Of a DNA stretch of 64,000 nucleotides, positions 1-9,147 are shown piece after piece. Source of the stretch: Escherichia phage KKE7M. A model generated the notes under the pieces. The model saw only the letters and a program-made list of their open reading frames with translations. It did not search any database and was not told the origin of the DNA. Every line of letters begins with the position of its first letter. The first letter of the stretch is position 1. The DNA lies in sequence record PQ356295.1. One strand, written 5' to 3'. The position numbers and the translations under genes are program-made.

Positions 1-5
1 TAACT

Positions 6-194
6 ATGACATTTATTGAAGAACTAACGAGAATTGCAAACGCACCTAACAGTAGCGAAGATCCTTACTTTATGGTGGATGATTACACTGGTGGTAATAT
101 TGATGATGCCTATGAACTAGGCAGACTACACGGTGAAATTGAAATGGCTAAATGGGTTCTTTCGCAACTGGAGGTTAAAGATGAAACAAACTAA
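6..194 (+). CDS. hypothetical protein (62 aa)
   Basis: ORF from ATG at 6; acidic; 3' end overlaps next gene start. Confidence 0.4.
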   Translation: MTFIEELTRIANAPNSSEDPYFMVDDYTGGNIDDAYELGRLHGEIEMAKWVLSQLEVKDETN

Positions 195-1296
195 TCCTAC
201 ATTATATGGTAAAACTTCTACAGGTAAAATTAAACAGTGGTCAGTCTATACCGAAGGTAGTGTTGTAACTGTTGCTCATGGTCAATTAGGTGGAAAGATT
301 ACTAGCAAATCTTATACAGCAGAACCTAAAAATATTGGTCGCTCAAATGAAACAACAGCAGAAGAACAAGCTGAAATAGAAGCTCTTGCCAAATGGACAA
401 AGCAACTTAAGAATGGGTATTATAAAACAAAAGAGGAAGCTGAAAACCATGTTCCTTCCACACCCATGAAATGTCAGGATTATAAAGATTATGCTGATCG
501 TGTTTTGTTCCCAGGTTATGCACAATATAAATTGAATGGCCTACGTTCAATGATTAACATGCAAGGTGAATGTTTATCTAAAGCTGGGGAGGTATATAAA
601 CTTCCACCTCACTGGAAAGAAATTCCAACCTTCATTAAAGAAGTAGTTGGTCATCCTCTTGACGGTGAAGTTTTTGCTGGCTTGGGTGTCCTTAGCCTTC
701 AACAAATTAATAGTGCGTGGAAAAAGCATAATGCTAACACTCCGCTTCTTAAATACTATGTATATGATGTTCCTGTGCCATCTGTACCATTTGAGAAGAG
801 GGTTCAAGTTTTAGCTGCTCTAAAAGAAGTTGTTGAAGATAAAGGTTTAGATGAACTTATTTGTGTAGTACATACAGAATACATTGAAAACCAAGAGCAG
901 TTTGATGAATTCTATGCAAAGGCTCTACGTGAAAAAGCGGAAGGTGTGGTGTATCGTAACGCACAAGGTGTTTACGAGTTTGATAAACGTTCTTATGATG
1001 TTATTAAACGTAAACCACGGCAGACTCTTGAAGTTAAGGTAGTCAGTGCAAAACGTGATAAAAATGGTGACGGGGTATTGACAGGCGAGATGGAAAATGG
1101 TAAAGTAGTCGAATTCCTGATGCGTAAGGATTCAGATGAAACCATTAACTATCGTAAAGAAGAAAATGCTTTGACACTTATTGGTCAATTTGTTGAAATT
1201 GAGTACGAAGAATTTTCAGACGAAGGTATTCCTACCAAGCCTGTTGGGGTACGTGTACGTAAGATGATTCCAGGTACTTGGGAACCAGCAGAGTAA
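181..1296 (+). CDS. ATP-dependent DNA ligase-like nucleotidyltransferase (372 aa)
   Basis: ATG 181 after GGAGGT; KLNGLR lysine motif, EGVVYR and KRKP segments resembling ligase motifs I, IV, V; size like small phage ligases. Confidence 0.55.
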   Translation: MKQTNPTLYGKTSTGKIKQWSVYTEGSVVTVAHGQLGGKITSKSYTAEPKNIGRSNETTAEEQAEIEALAKWTKQLKNGYYKTKEEAENHVPSTPMKCQDYKDYADRVLFPGYAQYKLNGLRSMINMQGECLSKAGEVYKLPPHWKEIPTFIKEVVGHPLDGEVFAGLGVLSLQQINSAWKKHNANTPLLKYYVYDVPVPSVPFEKRVQVLAALKEVVEDKGLDELICVVHTEYIENQEQFDEFYAKALREKAEGVVYRNAQGVYEFDKRSYDVIKRKPRQTLEVKVVSAKRDKNGDGVLTGEMENGKVVEFLMRKDSDETINYRKEENALTLIGQFVEIEYEEFSDEGIPTKPVGVRVRKMIPGTWEPAE

Positions 1297-1305
1297 GAGG
1301 TAAAT

Positions 1306-1485
1306 ATGGTATTAGCAACAGTTCTTATGATGTTAATTGCTATTGCAATTATAATGTTAGCCTCGTTTCCAGTGGACAAATGGTACTGCAATTTTTGTAG
1401 ATTTGTTGTTTTCCTCTGTGCTGGGGCGTATATGGGCGAATCGGTAGTTCGCATTAGTGTTTTGTTAGAACAATATTTTAAATAA
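1306..1485 (+). CDS. small hydrophobic protein (59 aa)
   Basis: ATG 1306 after AAGAGG; hydrophobic N-terminal half; below ORF-track size cutoff. Confidence 0.35.
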   Translation: MVLATVLMMLIAIAIIMLASFPVDKWYCNFCRFVVFLCAGAYMGESVVRISVLLEQYFK

Positions 1486-1494
1486 GGAGAAACA

Positions 1495-2217
1495 ATGATC
1501 GAGAATTTTTTCAAACAAGTAAAAGTGGACAATAGCTTCTTTATCAAAGCTGCCGATCAAATTGTTGCTTGGAATGCTAAGGCACGTGGTGGAGTAACTC
1601 CAGAGTTTACTCAAGAGATGTTTGAAGCTCAACTTTCTTTTGTACGAGAAGAACTTAAAGAGTTCCAAGCAGCAGCACAGGAAAATGATCACGTTGAATT
1701 ACTTGATGCAGCAGCAGATATTTTTGTGGTAGCATCCTACCTGGCGTTTATGTTCTTTGGTAAAGAAGGTGTTGATAAAGCTCTGGAAATGCCGACAGGA
1801 GATGTTCTGGCAGAAAACATCTACGATGTTATCATTGAATTTGATAAAATGGTAGAAAATGACTTGCAATTTGCCCTAATGTCTCTTACACTTACACGTA
1901 TGGCACGAGATACTTTGGTACGTTCTGTTTATAACGAGAAGAAGGTTATGCGTGAAGTGTTGAATAGCAATGAGTCCAAGTATCCTACCAAGAAGCAACT
2001 CCTGGCTATTTGGGAAACTAAGGATATTATTGAAGCTCTTGAAAAAGAATGTGATGCTATCGAGATGCGAAGCAAAGATCGTGCAGAAGGTTCTTATACT
2101 GGGGTACACGCTGTATATAACGAAGTTCAAAAGGTGTATGTATTCTTTGATGACAAAGGTAAAATTATGAAACCATCTACCTTTGTTAAACCTAATATCG
2201 CAGCAATCATTGCTTAA
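1495..2217 (+). CDS. hypothetical protein, possibly MazG-like NTP pyrophosphohydrolase (240 aa)
   Basis: RBS AAGGAG; acidic helical segment EELKEF...ELLDAAADIFVV weakly like all-alpha NTP-PPases. Confidence 0.3.
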   Translation: MIENFFKQVKVDNSFFIKAADQIVAWNAKARGGVTPEFTQEMFEAQLSFVREELKEFQAAAQENDHVELLDAAADIFVVASYLAFMFFGKEGVDKALEMPTGDVLAENIYDVIIEFDKMVENDLQFALMSLTLTRMARDTLVRSVYNEKKVMREVLNSNESKYPTKKQLLAIWETKDIIEALEKECDAIEMRSKDRAEGSYTGVHAVYNEVQKVYVFFDDKGKIMKPSTFVKPNIAAIIA

Positions 2218-2223
2218 GAAATA

Positions 2224-2244
2224 AAGCCCCTTCGGGGGCTTATT
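2224..2244 (+). terminator. stem-loop AAGCCCC-TTCG-GGGGCTT after preceding gene
   Basis: GC hairpin with short T tract. Confidence 0.45.
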
Positions 2245-2253
2245 GGAGGTATT

Positions 2254-2532
2254 ATGTTAACAGCAGAAGATATCTTTAAACACGGTTTGCGTCAGGTGAT
2301 CAAATCCTTGAAGAATGCAGGTATTGAAGATATCACACAGGAAATTGTTGGTTTAGAAAAAGAAGGTAAGAGAACAGAATTTAAGTTTTACACAGAAGAA
2401 CAGTGGTTGAGTAACCCGCAAAACAAAGCTAATGAGGCTGTTAGTCTGTTTGGTAAATCTTATAAAGGATTTAAATATCCTGATCATATTGTCGAATATG
2501 ATGGTGTAAAATATTTTGTAGTTGTTATTTGA
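2254..2532 (+). CDS. hypothetical protein (92 aa)
   Basis: ORF with GGAGG RBS. Confidence 0.5.
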   Translation: MLTAEDIFKHGLRQVIKSLKNAGIEDITQEIVGLEKEGKRTEFKFYTEEQWLSNPQNKANEAVSLFGKSYKGFKYPDHIVEYDGVKYFVVVI

Positions 2533-2542
2533 GGAGAAAACT

Positions 2543-3427
2543 ATGTTTGCTAAAAATTTCAAATCTTGCGTAACCCTGATTTCTGGTGATGGCCTGTCTA
2601 TTTCAGCACTGAACACAGTAACAGACAAACCGCTGGATTTTGTTGTGGCACAGGGGCAACAAGCACATACCATTGGTCTTGTTCGTTTTGAAGATGATGG
2701 TTCCTATGTAAAAGTGTTCTCTGGTTTAGAGGTTATTAAAGTAGGGCAATCTGTTAAGAAAGTTAACAAGAAGAAAGTTAAACGCATTCTTAATGAAAAA
2801 CTCCAGGAGATGGAACAAGAGTTTATTGCTGCAAATCCTACTAAAGAATTCTTCTTGGATAAAGAAAGTAAAAAAGCAATTGAGGCTGATATCGTGTTTT
2901 CTCTGCTTCCAGAAACAGAGGCAGATGATTTCTACAACTATGTTGTTGTAGACACTGAAAACAGTATTACCTATGTTCTTAATGGTTCTAAGAAAATTAG
3001 TGAAGATATTGCTGTATTTCTTCGTGAGGTGTTGGGTACTTTCCCAGTTCTGCCGTTTAGTGTACACGAAGAAGCCATTATTAAAGGTTTTGATACCATC
3101 TTAGAAGAACATGAGGCTGAACGACTGACCCTGGGTAATTATATTAAACTTGAAGATTCTGAAGGTGTGGTTGTATGGAGTAAAGAGTCCCTTTATGAAT
3201 CTCGTGCAGTAGAACTTATGGAAGATGGTAAGCACGTTGTTGCCATTGGCCTGGAATATGACGGTTTCGTTAACTTTATTGTCGATAAAGAATTTAAGTT
3301 GAGTGGTATTAAATTCCCTAAATACTTTAACGATGAAGAAGGATCTTTTGAAGCATCTGTCCTTCTGTGCTTTAATGAAATCCGTGGTATTATGCAAGAC
3401 CTTATCAAGTCAACTATTCAAAAATAA
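2543..3427 (+). CDS. RdgC-like recombination-associated protein (294 aa)
   Basis: ATG 2543 after GAGGAG; MFAKNFK N-terminus and LLP...VVDTEN...LREVLGTFPVLPF segment resemble RdgC. Confidence 0.5.
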   Translation: MFAKNFKSCVTLISGDGLSISALNTVTDKPLDFVVAQGQQAHTIGLVRFEDDGSYVKVFSGLEVIKVGQSVKKVNKKKVKRILNEKLQEMEQEFIAANPTKEFFLDKESKKAIEADIVFSLLPETEADDFYNYVVVDTENSITYVLNGSKKISEDIAVFLREVLGTFPVLPFSVHEEAIIKGFDTILEEHEAERLTLGNYIKLEDSEGVVVWSKESLYESRAVELMEDGKHVVAIGLEYDGFVNFIVDKEFKLSGIKFPKYFNDEEGSFEASVLLCFNEIRGIMQDLIKSTIQK

Positions 3428-3430
3428 TAC

Positions 3431-3488
3431 TTGACTTACTAATTTAATATGTGTTAATATGCCTACCTACTTAGTTAGGTGGGCTTTT
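3431..3488 (+). promoter_or_regulatory. sigma70-like promoter (TTGACT-N17/18-TAATAT) followed by stem-loop GCCTACCTA/TAGGTGGGC and T tract
   Basis: Read directly; lies between genes ending 3427 and starting 3502. Confidence 0.45.
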
Positions 3489-3501
3489 AAGGAGACACAC
3501 C

Positions 3502-3714
3502 ATGAAAAAACTTCTTGTCGGTTTACTTTTAGTAATCAGTTCTTATTCTTATGCTGGTCAAATAACTTTAATTAATTCTGGAGAACAAGTTTCTGGAAGT
3601 ACAAAATACTGTTTTTACTCTAACGGTATGTACGACAAGGTTATAGAGGTTTCTGCAAGTCGTCAGTGTCCCTACACACGAACATTCTCAACAGAGAGTT
3701 CAGATGATGAATAG
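3502..3714 (+). CDS. small secreted protein with signal peptide (70 aa)
   Basis: N-terminus MKKLLVGLLLVISSYSYAGQ is signal-peptide-like; GGAG RBS. Confidence 0.55.
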   Translation: MKKLLVGLLLVISSYSYAGQITLINSGEQVSGSTKYCFYSNGMYDKVIEVSASRQCPYTRTFSTESSDDE

Positions 3715-3722
3715 GAGGTAAT

Positions 3723-4841
3723 ATTAGCGGTTACATTTTAATCCAACCGGAAGACCTGCACAAATATGTTGACGAGAACACAATTCTTGCAATAGACTAC
3801 GATCAAGTGGCGTTCCAAGCGTCTTCAGCTTTAGAGCAAAGAAAAATCCACGCTGTACATAAGGCTTCCGGTAATGTAAAAGAGTTTGAAACAAGAACAG
3901 ATTTTTGGGGTAAGTCTTCAAAAAATATTGGAGGATGGTTAGGAGCACTTAACGCGCAACGCGAAGCTGCTGGTAAGAAGTTGTTCTCTAGAGAAGATTT
4001 TGAAATAAAAGATGTTCAAATAGTTCCAGATAATATTTCTTTTACGTTTCAAGCTGCAAAGACAAAAATAACCCAGATGATGGATCACCTAAAACTTCAA
4101 AAGTATTGCGGTGTCATCGGGGTAGGAAAAACCTTCCGGCATTCTTTCAAAATGCCAAAAGAATATAAATCAGAACGATCAGATTTAAGACCAATCCATT
4201 TATCAGATACTAAAGATTATCTAGTTGAAAAACATAACGGTGACGTTGTTACTGGTATTGAGGCAGATGATGCTTTAGAAATCTATGGGTATGCAGGGTA
4301 TAAAGCCTACAAGGAAACTGGTAAGTTTTCTCATATTGTAGCGTCTATCGACAAAGATAGCTTGCACACACCAAGTTTACTCTTTAACTTTTATAAAGAG
4401 GATGGTGTTTATAAAAATCCTTGTATTATTCTGATTGATGAATCTATCGGCGATATCTGGATCGTAGAAAAAGGTAAGAAAAAAGAAATTAAGGGCTGGG
4501 GTAGTTACTGGTTAGCTTATCAAATGCTAATGGGCGATAAGACAGATAGTATTCGACCTTACCAAGATTTCGATGTTAAGTTTGGAGATATTACTTGCTT
4601 TAATCTTATTTCCAAATGTAAAACACAGGCTGAACTTTTTCAGACAGTTAAAGATCAGTATTATGAATGGTTCCCAGATGGCGTTAAATTTACTTCTTGG
4701 GATGGTGAAGAAGTAGAGATGACAACTGACGAATGGATAGAGACAATTTTTCAGTTGGTATATATGAAACGTTGGGCGAATGATGAAACAACTTTTGAAA
4801 GTATGCTACAAGCATATATTTCAGAGCAGGAGGAACATTGA
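3723..4841 (+). CDS. rnh: FEN-family 5'-3' exonuclease / RNase H (T4 rnh or T5 D15-like)
   Basis: GIEADD, SIDKD, GDKTDSI acidic motifs; conserved N-terminal ILAIDYDQ lies upstream of the first GTG (3807), so start is probably non-canonical ATT at 3723 after AGGAGG. Confidence 0.55.
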   Translation: MSGYILIQPEDLHKYVDENTILAIDYDQVAFQASSALEQRKIHAVHKASGNVKEFETRTDFWGKSSKNIGGWLGALNAQREAAGKKLFSREDFEIKDVQIVPDNISFTFQAAKTKITQMMDHLKLQKYCGVIGVGKTFRHSFKMPKEYKSERSDLRPIHLSDTKDYLVEKHNGDVVTGIEADDALEIYGYAGYKAYKETGKFSHIVASIDKDSLHTPSLLFNFYKEDGVYKNPCIILIDESIGDIWIVEKGKKKEIKGWGSYWLAYQMLMGDKTDSIRPYQDFDVKFGDITCFNLISKCKTQAELFQTVKDQYYEWFPDGVKFTSWDGEEVEMTTDEWIETIFQLVYMKRWANDETTFESMLQAYISEQEEH

Positions 4842-5800
4842 GTAAATTAACAGACGAACAGAAAGCCTTGATTGTATCTATGAAAGCACAAGGTTACTCT
4901 TCGCGTAAGATTGCACAAGAGGTGTTGGGAAGTTCTACTAAGAAGAGCACAGTAAATGATTACTTAGCTCGTGTAAATTCACCACATCGCGGTGCTCCGC
5001 AAGACAAAGGTGGGCCAGTAATTAAAATTATTGACGTAGAGACAGCACCGGAGATTGTGTATAGCTTCTCACGTTTCAAAGCCTTTATTTCACCTGAACA
5101 AGTTATTCGTCGAGGTTACTTGCTTTCCTATTCATCTGCTGACTTAGAAACAGGAGAAGTAGAAGGTAAGAACCTTAGCAATTACCCTCTGTTTGACATA
5201 GATCATACCGATGATTGGGAATTATGTCAAGATCTGTGGCACTTGCTTGACGATGCAGATATTGTGATCGCGCATAACGGTATTAAGTTTGATAAGGCTT
5301 ATATTAACCAACGTTTTGCTTTTCACGGTATGGAGCCACCATCACACTATGTTGTAATTGATACACTCAAGGCAGCTAAGAAGCAGTTTGCACTACCTTC
5401 TAATGCGCTTAAAGAAATGTGTTTGTATTTTGATACAGAAAACTTTAAACTTGACAATGAAGGTTTTCCTTTGTGGAAAGCATGTTGTGAAGGAGACAGA
5501 CACGCCTTCTTCCGTATGCAAACATACAACGATGGTGATGTTGTTTCTCTTAGAGATCTTTACATCAAACTTCGTGCGTGGATTCCACAACATCCTAACG
5601 TATCTGCATTCTATGACGATGAAAAACTTCGTTGTCCTCGTTGCGGTAAAGAGCACCTTGAAGTTGTTCCTGGTAAGGTTTACACAACAGCGGTTAGTAC
5701 ATTCCAAGTGCTAAGATGCACATCATGTAATAGCCTGTCTCGTGGACGTGTTAATTTGCGTAGCAAAGAGAAGCGTGTAAACACTGTTATTGGAATTTAA
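4838..5800 (+). CDS. DEDD-type 3'-5' exonuclease with N-terminal HTH and C-terminal zinc ribbon (320 aa)
   Basis: TTG start after GGAGGA; IDVETAP, IAHNGIKFD, YNDGD exo motifs; CPRCG...CTSCNS. Confidence 0.6.
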   Translation: MSKLTDEQKALIVSMKAQGYSSRKIAQEVLGSSTKKSTVNDYLARVNSPHRGAPQDKGGPVIKIIDVETAPEIVYSFSRFKAFISPEQVIRRGYLLSYSSADLETGEVEGKNLSNYPLFDIDHTDDWELCQDLWHLLDDADIVIAHNGIKFDKAYINQRFAFHGMEPPSHYVVIDTLKAAKKQFALPSNALKEMCLYFDTENFKLDNEGFPLWKACCEGDRHAFFRMQTYNDGDVVSLRDLYIKLRAWIPQHPNVSAFYDDEKLRCPRCGKEHLEVVPGKVYTTAVSTFQVLRCTSCNSLSRGRVNLRSKEKRVNTVIGI

Positions 5801-5803
5801 TAA

Positions 5804-5829
5804 AAAGGGGCGGAAGCCCCTTTATTTTT
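5804..5829 (+). terminator. rho-independent terminator
   Basis: GGGGC-GGAA-GCCCC hairpin followed by TTTATTTTT. Confidence 0.65.
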
Positions 5830-5838
5830 GGAGGATTT

Positions 5839-6240
5839 ATGACTACAGCACTGGATATTCAAATTGATGGTGATCACTACAAACGTATGCGTATGCAACC
5901 TTTGGAACTTGCATATCTAATTGGTGCAACTCCTTGTTTCACTAAGTTAGCTAAGTATGCTTGTCGAAACAAAGGTGATCGTGTGATCAACCTAAACAAA
6001 GCGATTCACGTTATTCATATTGAAAAAGAATTGAGTGATAAGTATTACAATATGTTGTATGAAGCCTACCCTAATCTAAAAAACCCTGTAAAAATTGAGT
6101 TAGCTAATCAGCTAATTGATTTATACACAGACGATGATCTTGTTCGTAAGGCTTTAAAAGCAATGTATAAAGGTAAGTACATTGAAGCAGCAGATGCTAT
6201 TGAACAATTGAAGGAGAGTGTAGATGGCTTCTCACGGTAA
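5839..6240 (+). CDS. DUF3310-like protein (133 aa)
   Basis: GDHY...QP...KYACR.KG...NLNKAIHVI pattern recalled from DUF3310 phage proteins. Confidence 0.45.
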   Translation: MTTALDIQIDGDHYKRMRMQPLELAYLIGATPCFTKLAKYACRNKGDRVINLNKAIHVIHIEKELSDKYYNMLYEAYPNLKNPVKIELANQLIDLYTDDDLVRKALKAMYKGKYIEAADAIEQLKESVDGFSR

Positions 6241-6418
6241 ACAATACGGAGAGGGTGAAGTATATAAAATATACAATAAACGTGGAGATAAACTCCTATA
6301 TACAATCACAATCCCAGAAAACATGTGTAAGGCTGGTTTAGACCGTATGCTTTTCTTTAAGTATAACATTCCACCCGGAGATTATGTAGCTAAAAAGGTG
6401 AGCACTATTGGAAAATAA
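6224..6418 (+). CDS. hypothetical protein (64 aa)
   Basis: ATG overlapping upstream stop; short. Confidence 0.3.
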   Translation: MASHGKQYGEGEVYKIYNKRGDKLLYTITIPENMCKAGLDRMLFFKYNIPPGDYVAKKVSTIGK

Positions 6419-6983
6419 AGAACCTAAAGTTATTTGGGGAGATGGAACACCTTGGAAAACTCAAGCAGCCTTTTATACATATTTAAGGGGTTGCTTAAGG
6501 AAAGCATGGGTGAGACACCCGAATAAGATAAAAAAGATCCAATCTGTACGATTTAAAGCCGATAGGTTGGATAAAGATGGCAATGTAGTTTTAGATAAGA
6601 AAACAGGCAAACCGAAACAGGTTTGGAATTGTAAATGTGAATTGTGTGGACATACAGGAGGTATGAAAGACTTTCAAGTAGACCATATTAATGCAGCAGG
6701 TACATTAACCTGTTATGAAGATATCCCAAGTTTTGTTTTACGCCTATTGTATGTAACAGAAGACGACCTGCGTGTAGTTTGTAAGCAGTGTAACGCTATC
6801 CTGGCTTATGCTGACAAGCACGATATGACATTCAGGGAAGCAAAAGCGGAGAAAGAAGCGATAGCTTTATGCCAGTCTAAAAAGGATAAAAATTGGCTAA
6901 CGAAGCGCGGAATTTCACCAGAAAGTACAATAACTAAGCGAAGAAAACAGATAGTAAAAATTCTTCTTGACGAAGAGAAATAA
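6408..6983 (+). CDS. HNH endonuclease-like protein (191 aa)
   Basis: TTG start after AAGGTG; CKCELCGH...VDHIN...CKQCN zinc-finger HNH pattern. Confidence 0.5.
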   Translation: MENKEPKVIWGDGTPWKTQAAFYTYLRGCLRKAWVRHPNKIKKIQSVRFKADRLDKDGNVVLDKKTGKPKQVWNCKCELCGHTGGMKDFQVDHINAAGTLTCYEDIPSFVLRLLYVTEDDLRVVCKQCNAILAYADKHDMTFREAKAEKEAIALCQSKKDKNWLTKRGISPESTITKRRKQIVKILLDEEK

Positions 6984-7028
6984 TAAAGTATTATCGCTCC
7001 CACAAATGGGAGCGTTAGAGGAGAAAAT

Positions 7029-7592
7029 ATGGCTAAACTTTATTTCCGATATAGTCCAATGAACAGTGGTAAAAGCACACATCTGCTACAAACAGCTTGG
7101 AACTATAAAGAAAGAAATATGAAAGTTCTTCTTTTAACTTCAGCTTTAGATACCAGATCTGGTTGTGCTATTGCTTCTAGGATAGGTATTAAAGAGGAAG
7201 CAAAACCAGTTAAAACAAAAGAAGATATGCTGGAAATTTATACACAGCTTAAAGAAAATCCAGTAGATGCAGTATTTGTGGACGAATCACAATTCCTAAC
7301 TAAAGATATGGTTGACATTCTTGGAGATGTGGTAGATAATTACGATATTCCTGTATTCTGCTATGGACTTAAAACAGATTTTGCTACAGAATTGTTTGAA
7401 GGTTCTGAACGGCTATTAGCCATAGCAGATTCAATTACAGAATTGAAAAGCATTTGTAAATGTGGAAGAAAAGCTATTTTCAATGCTAGACTTATCGACT
7501 CTAAAGAACAGATTGTTATTGGGGGAGAAGACATTTACGAAACAATGTGTAGAAAATGTTATAACAGGAGAAATAATGCGTCTAGTATGTGA
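7029..7592 (+). CDS. tdk: thymidine kinase
   Basis: P-loop SPMNSGKST, VFVDESQF, C-terminal zinc ribbon CKCG...CRKC; typical Tdk length. Confidence 0.9.
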   Translation: MAKLYFRYSPMNSGKSTHLLQTAWNYKERNMKVLLLTSALDTRSGCAIASRIGIKEEAKPVKTKEDMLEIYTQLKENPVDAVFVDESQFLTKDMVDILGDVVDNYDIPVFCYGLKTDFATELFEGSERLLAIADSITELKSICKCGRKAIFNARLIDSKEQIVIGGEDIYETMCRKCYNRRNNASSM

Positions 7593-8166
7593 TTGGGATT
7601 TAGTAATAGCTCCTGCGGATATAGAATGGTTAAATTGGTTAAATGCGGTAAGTAGATCTAATATCAAATTTGATAAGACACATAAAACTGTGCATTATGA
7701 TATTACGAAATATTTCCCTGATTTTAAAAAGCAATTTGGTGTAGATCCTTACTCTTTTTGGGATAACCAACATCTATATGATACTATGGGCGTAGTACCT
7801 AATAGTACAGATGTTGTTCATCGTATAATTGCAAATGGAGCTAATATATCTATAGCAAGCCACACTAAGGGTGGACACCTTAGTTCTAAATATAGACACG
7901 TAACACGGTCTTTAGATAAAGTGGATTTTAGTAGAACATCTGGTAATGGTTTTTTCGCAACAAAAGAAAAATACTTATTACCTTGCGACGTAACTATTGA
8001 TGATAGGGCTGAAAATCTTGTCCTATTTCCAGATGAAACGTTGAAAATATATTTCAACACTATTTACGAAGATCCGTACTTGGAAGAGTTAAAGAAACTT
8101 CCTAATGTAATTATCACTGGTTTAGATAATCAGTGGGAAGAAATTGAAAGTATTTTACTACCTTAA
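7576..8166 (+). CDS. HAD-family 5'(3')-deoxyribonucleotidase (NT5C-like)
   Basis: ATG 7576 overlapping tdk stop; N-terminal DWDLV (DxDxV) HAD motif. Confidence 0.5.
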   Translation: MRLVCDWDLVIAPADIEWLNWLNAVSRSNIKFDKTHKTVHYDITKYFPDFKKQFGVDPYSFWDNQHLYDTMGVVPNSTDVVHRIIANGANISIASHTKGGHLSSKYRHVTRSLDKVDFSRTSGNGFFATKEKYLLPCDVTIDDRAENLVLFPDETLKIYFNTIYEDPYLEELKKLPNVIITGLDNQWEEIESILLP

Positions 8167-8175
8167 GGAGAAATA

Positions 8176-9147
8176 ATGGCAGATTCTATTTCAGCAAAAA
8201 TTATTGCACACTCTCAAACATCTGAAGGTAAGGATATTGTTACCTTTGAACTTGAATATCCTCGAATCATTCACTCTGAATTGATGACGCATCGTTTGTT
8301 TTCTCGTAATGCTGCATCAAGTCGAGCTATCCCTGTTAAAACTCTAATTGAAATGGTACGGCAATCTCCAGCACGTCCTTATCGTTTTGGTGCTAACCAA
8401 CCAGGTATGCAAGATAAAGGCACAGATCACGATGCCCTAATTGATGCAGGTTACACTGCAAAAGAATGGTGGGACTTGGCTGCACTAAGTGCTGCACGTT
8501 TTGCAGAAGAGTTTGCCCTTGCTGGTTATCATAAACAGGTTGCAAACCGATTACTAGAACCATTCCAGCGTATGAAGACTGTAGTAACCACTACAGAGTT
8601 AGAAAACTTCTTGTGGTTGCGCGTAGATGCTGATGCAGATCCTACTATTGAGGCTCTTGCTAAAGAAATTAAAAAACTGTATGAATCTTCTGAACCATAT
8701 CTTCTTTTCCCAGGGGAGTGGCATACACCTTACGTTAATCGTGATCGAGATCCAGAAACTGGTATGATCCGTTATTTCTTGGGTGAAACCTTCTCCAACG
8801 AGAAAATGTTGACAGAAGACGAAGCAAAAGCTATTTCAGCTTCTTGTTGCGCTCAGGTAAGTTATCGTAAGTTGAATGATACTAAAGATAAAGCATTGGA
8901 TATCTATTCTCGTTTGCTGTCTGGACAAAAGGTACATGCATCTCCGTTTGAACACCAGGCAACGCCAATGAAAGAAATGGATTTGTCAGGATTAAAACAA
9001 CAGAAAGGTGGTATTAATATTCCTCCGTTCCCTTCCTCTTGGGAAGAAGGTATTACACATATGGATCGTAAACATCGTTTGTGGAGTGGAAACTTCTGCG
9101 GTTGGATTCAACATCGTCAACTTTTGACTAACCATACAAAATGGTGA
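8176..9147 (+). CDS. thyX: flavin-dependent thymidylate synthase ThyX
   Basis: ELMTHRLFSRNAASSR (ThyX RHR-x7-S-like motif) and HASPFEH. Confidence 0.7.
   Translation: MADSISAKIIAHSQTSEGKDIVTFELEYPRIIHSELMTHRLFSRNAASSRAIPVKTLIEMVRQSPARPYRFGANQPGMQDKGTDHDALIDAGYTAKEWWDLAALSAARFAEEFALAGYHKQVANRLLEPFQRMKTVVTTTELENFLWLRVDADADPTIEALAKEIKKLYESSEPYLLFPGEWHTPYVNRDRDPETGMIRYFLGETFSNEKMLTEDEAKAISASCCAQVSYRKLNDTKDKALDIYSRLLSGQKVHASPFEHQATPMKEMDLSGLKQQKGGINIPPFPSSWEEGITHMDRKHRLWSGNFCGWIQHRQLLTNHTKW

Noticed and set aside
343-1547. Minus-strand ORFs 343-525, 574-807, 1185-1547 and 1465-1692 overlapping the ligase-like gene region
   Set aside because: Antisense to a well-supported CDS, no RBS, low-complexity hydrophobic translations typical of AT-rich antisense frames.
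1876-3408. Antisense or alternative-frame ORFs (1876-2130, 1970-2170, 2353-2673, 2726-3067, 3101-3397, 3193-3408) inside plus-strand genes
   Set aside because: Fully embedded in longer ORFs that have RBSs and recognisable motifs.
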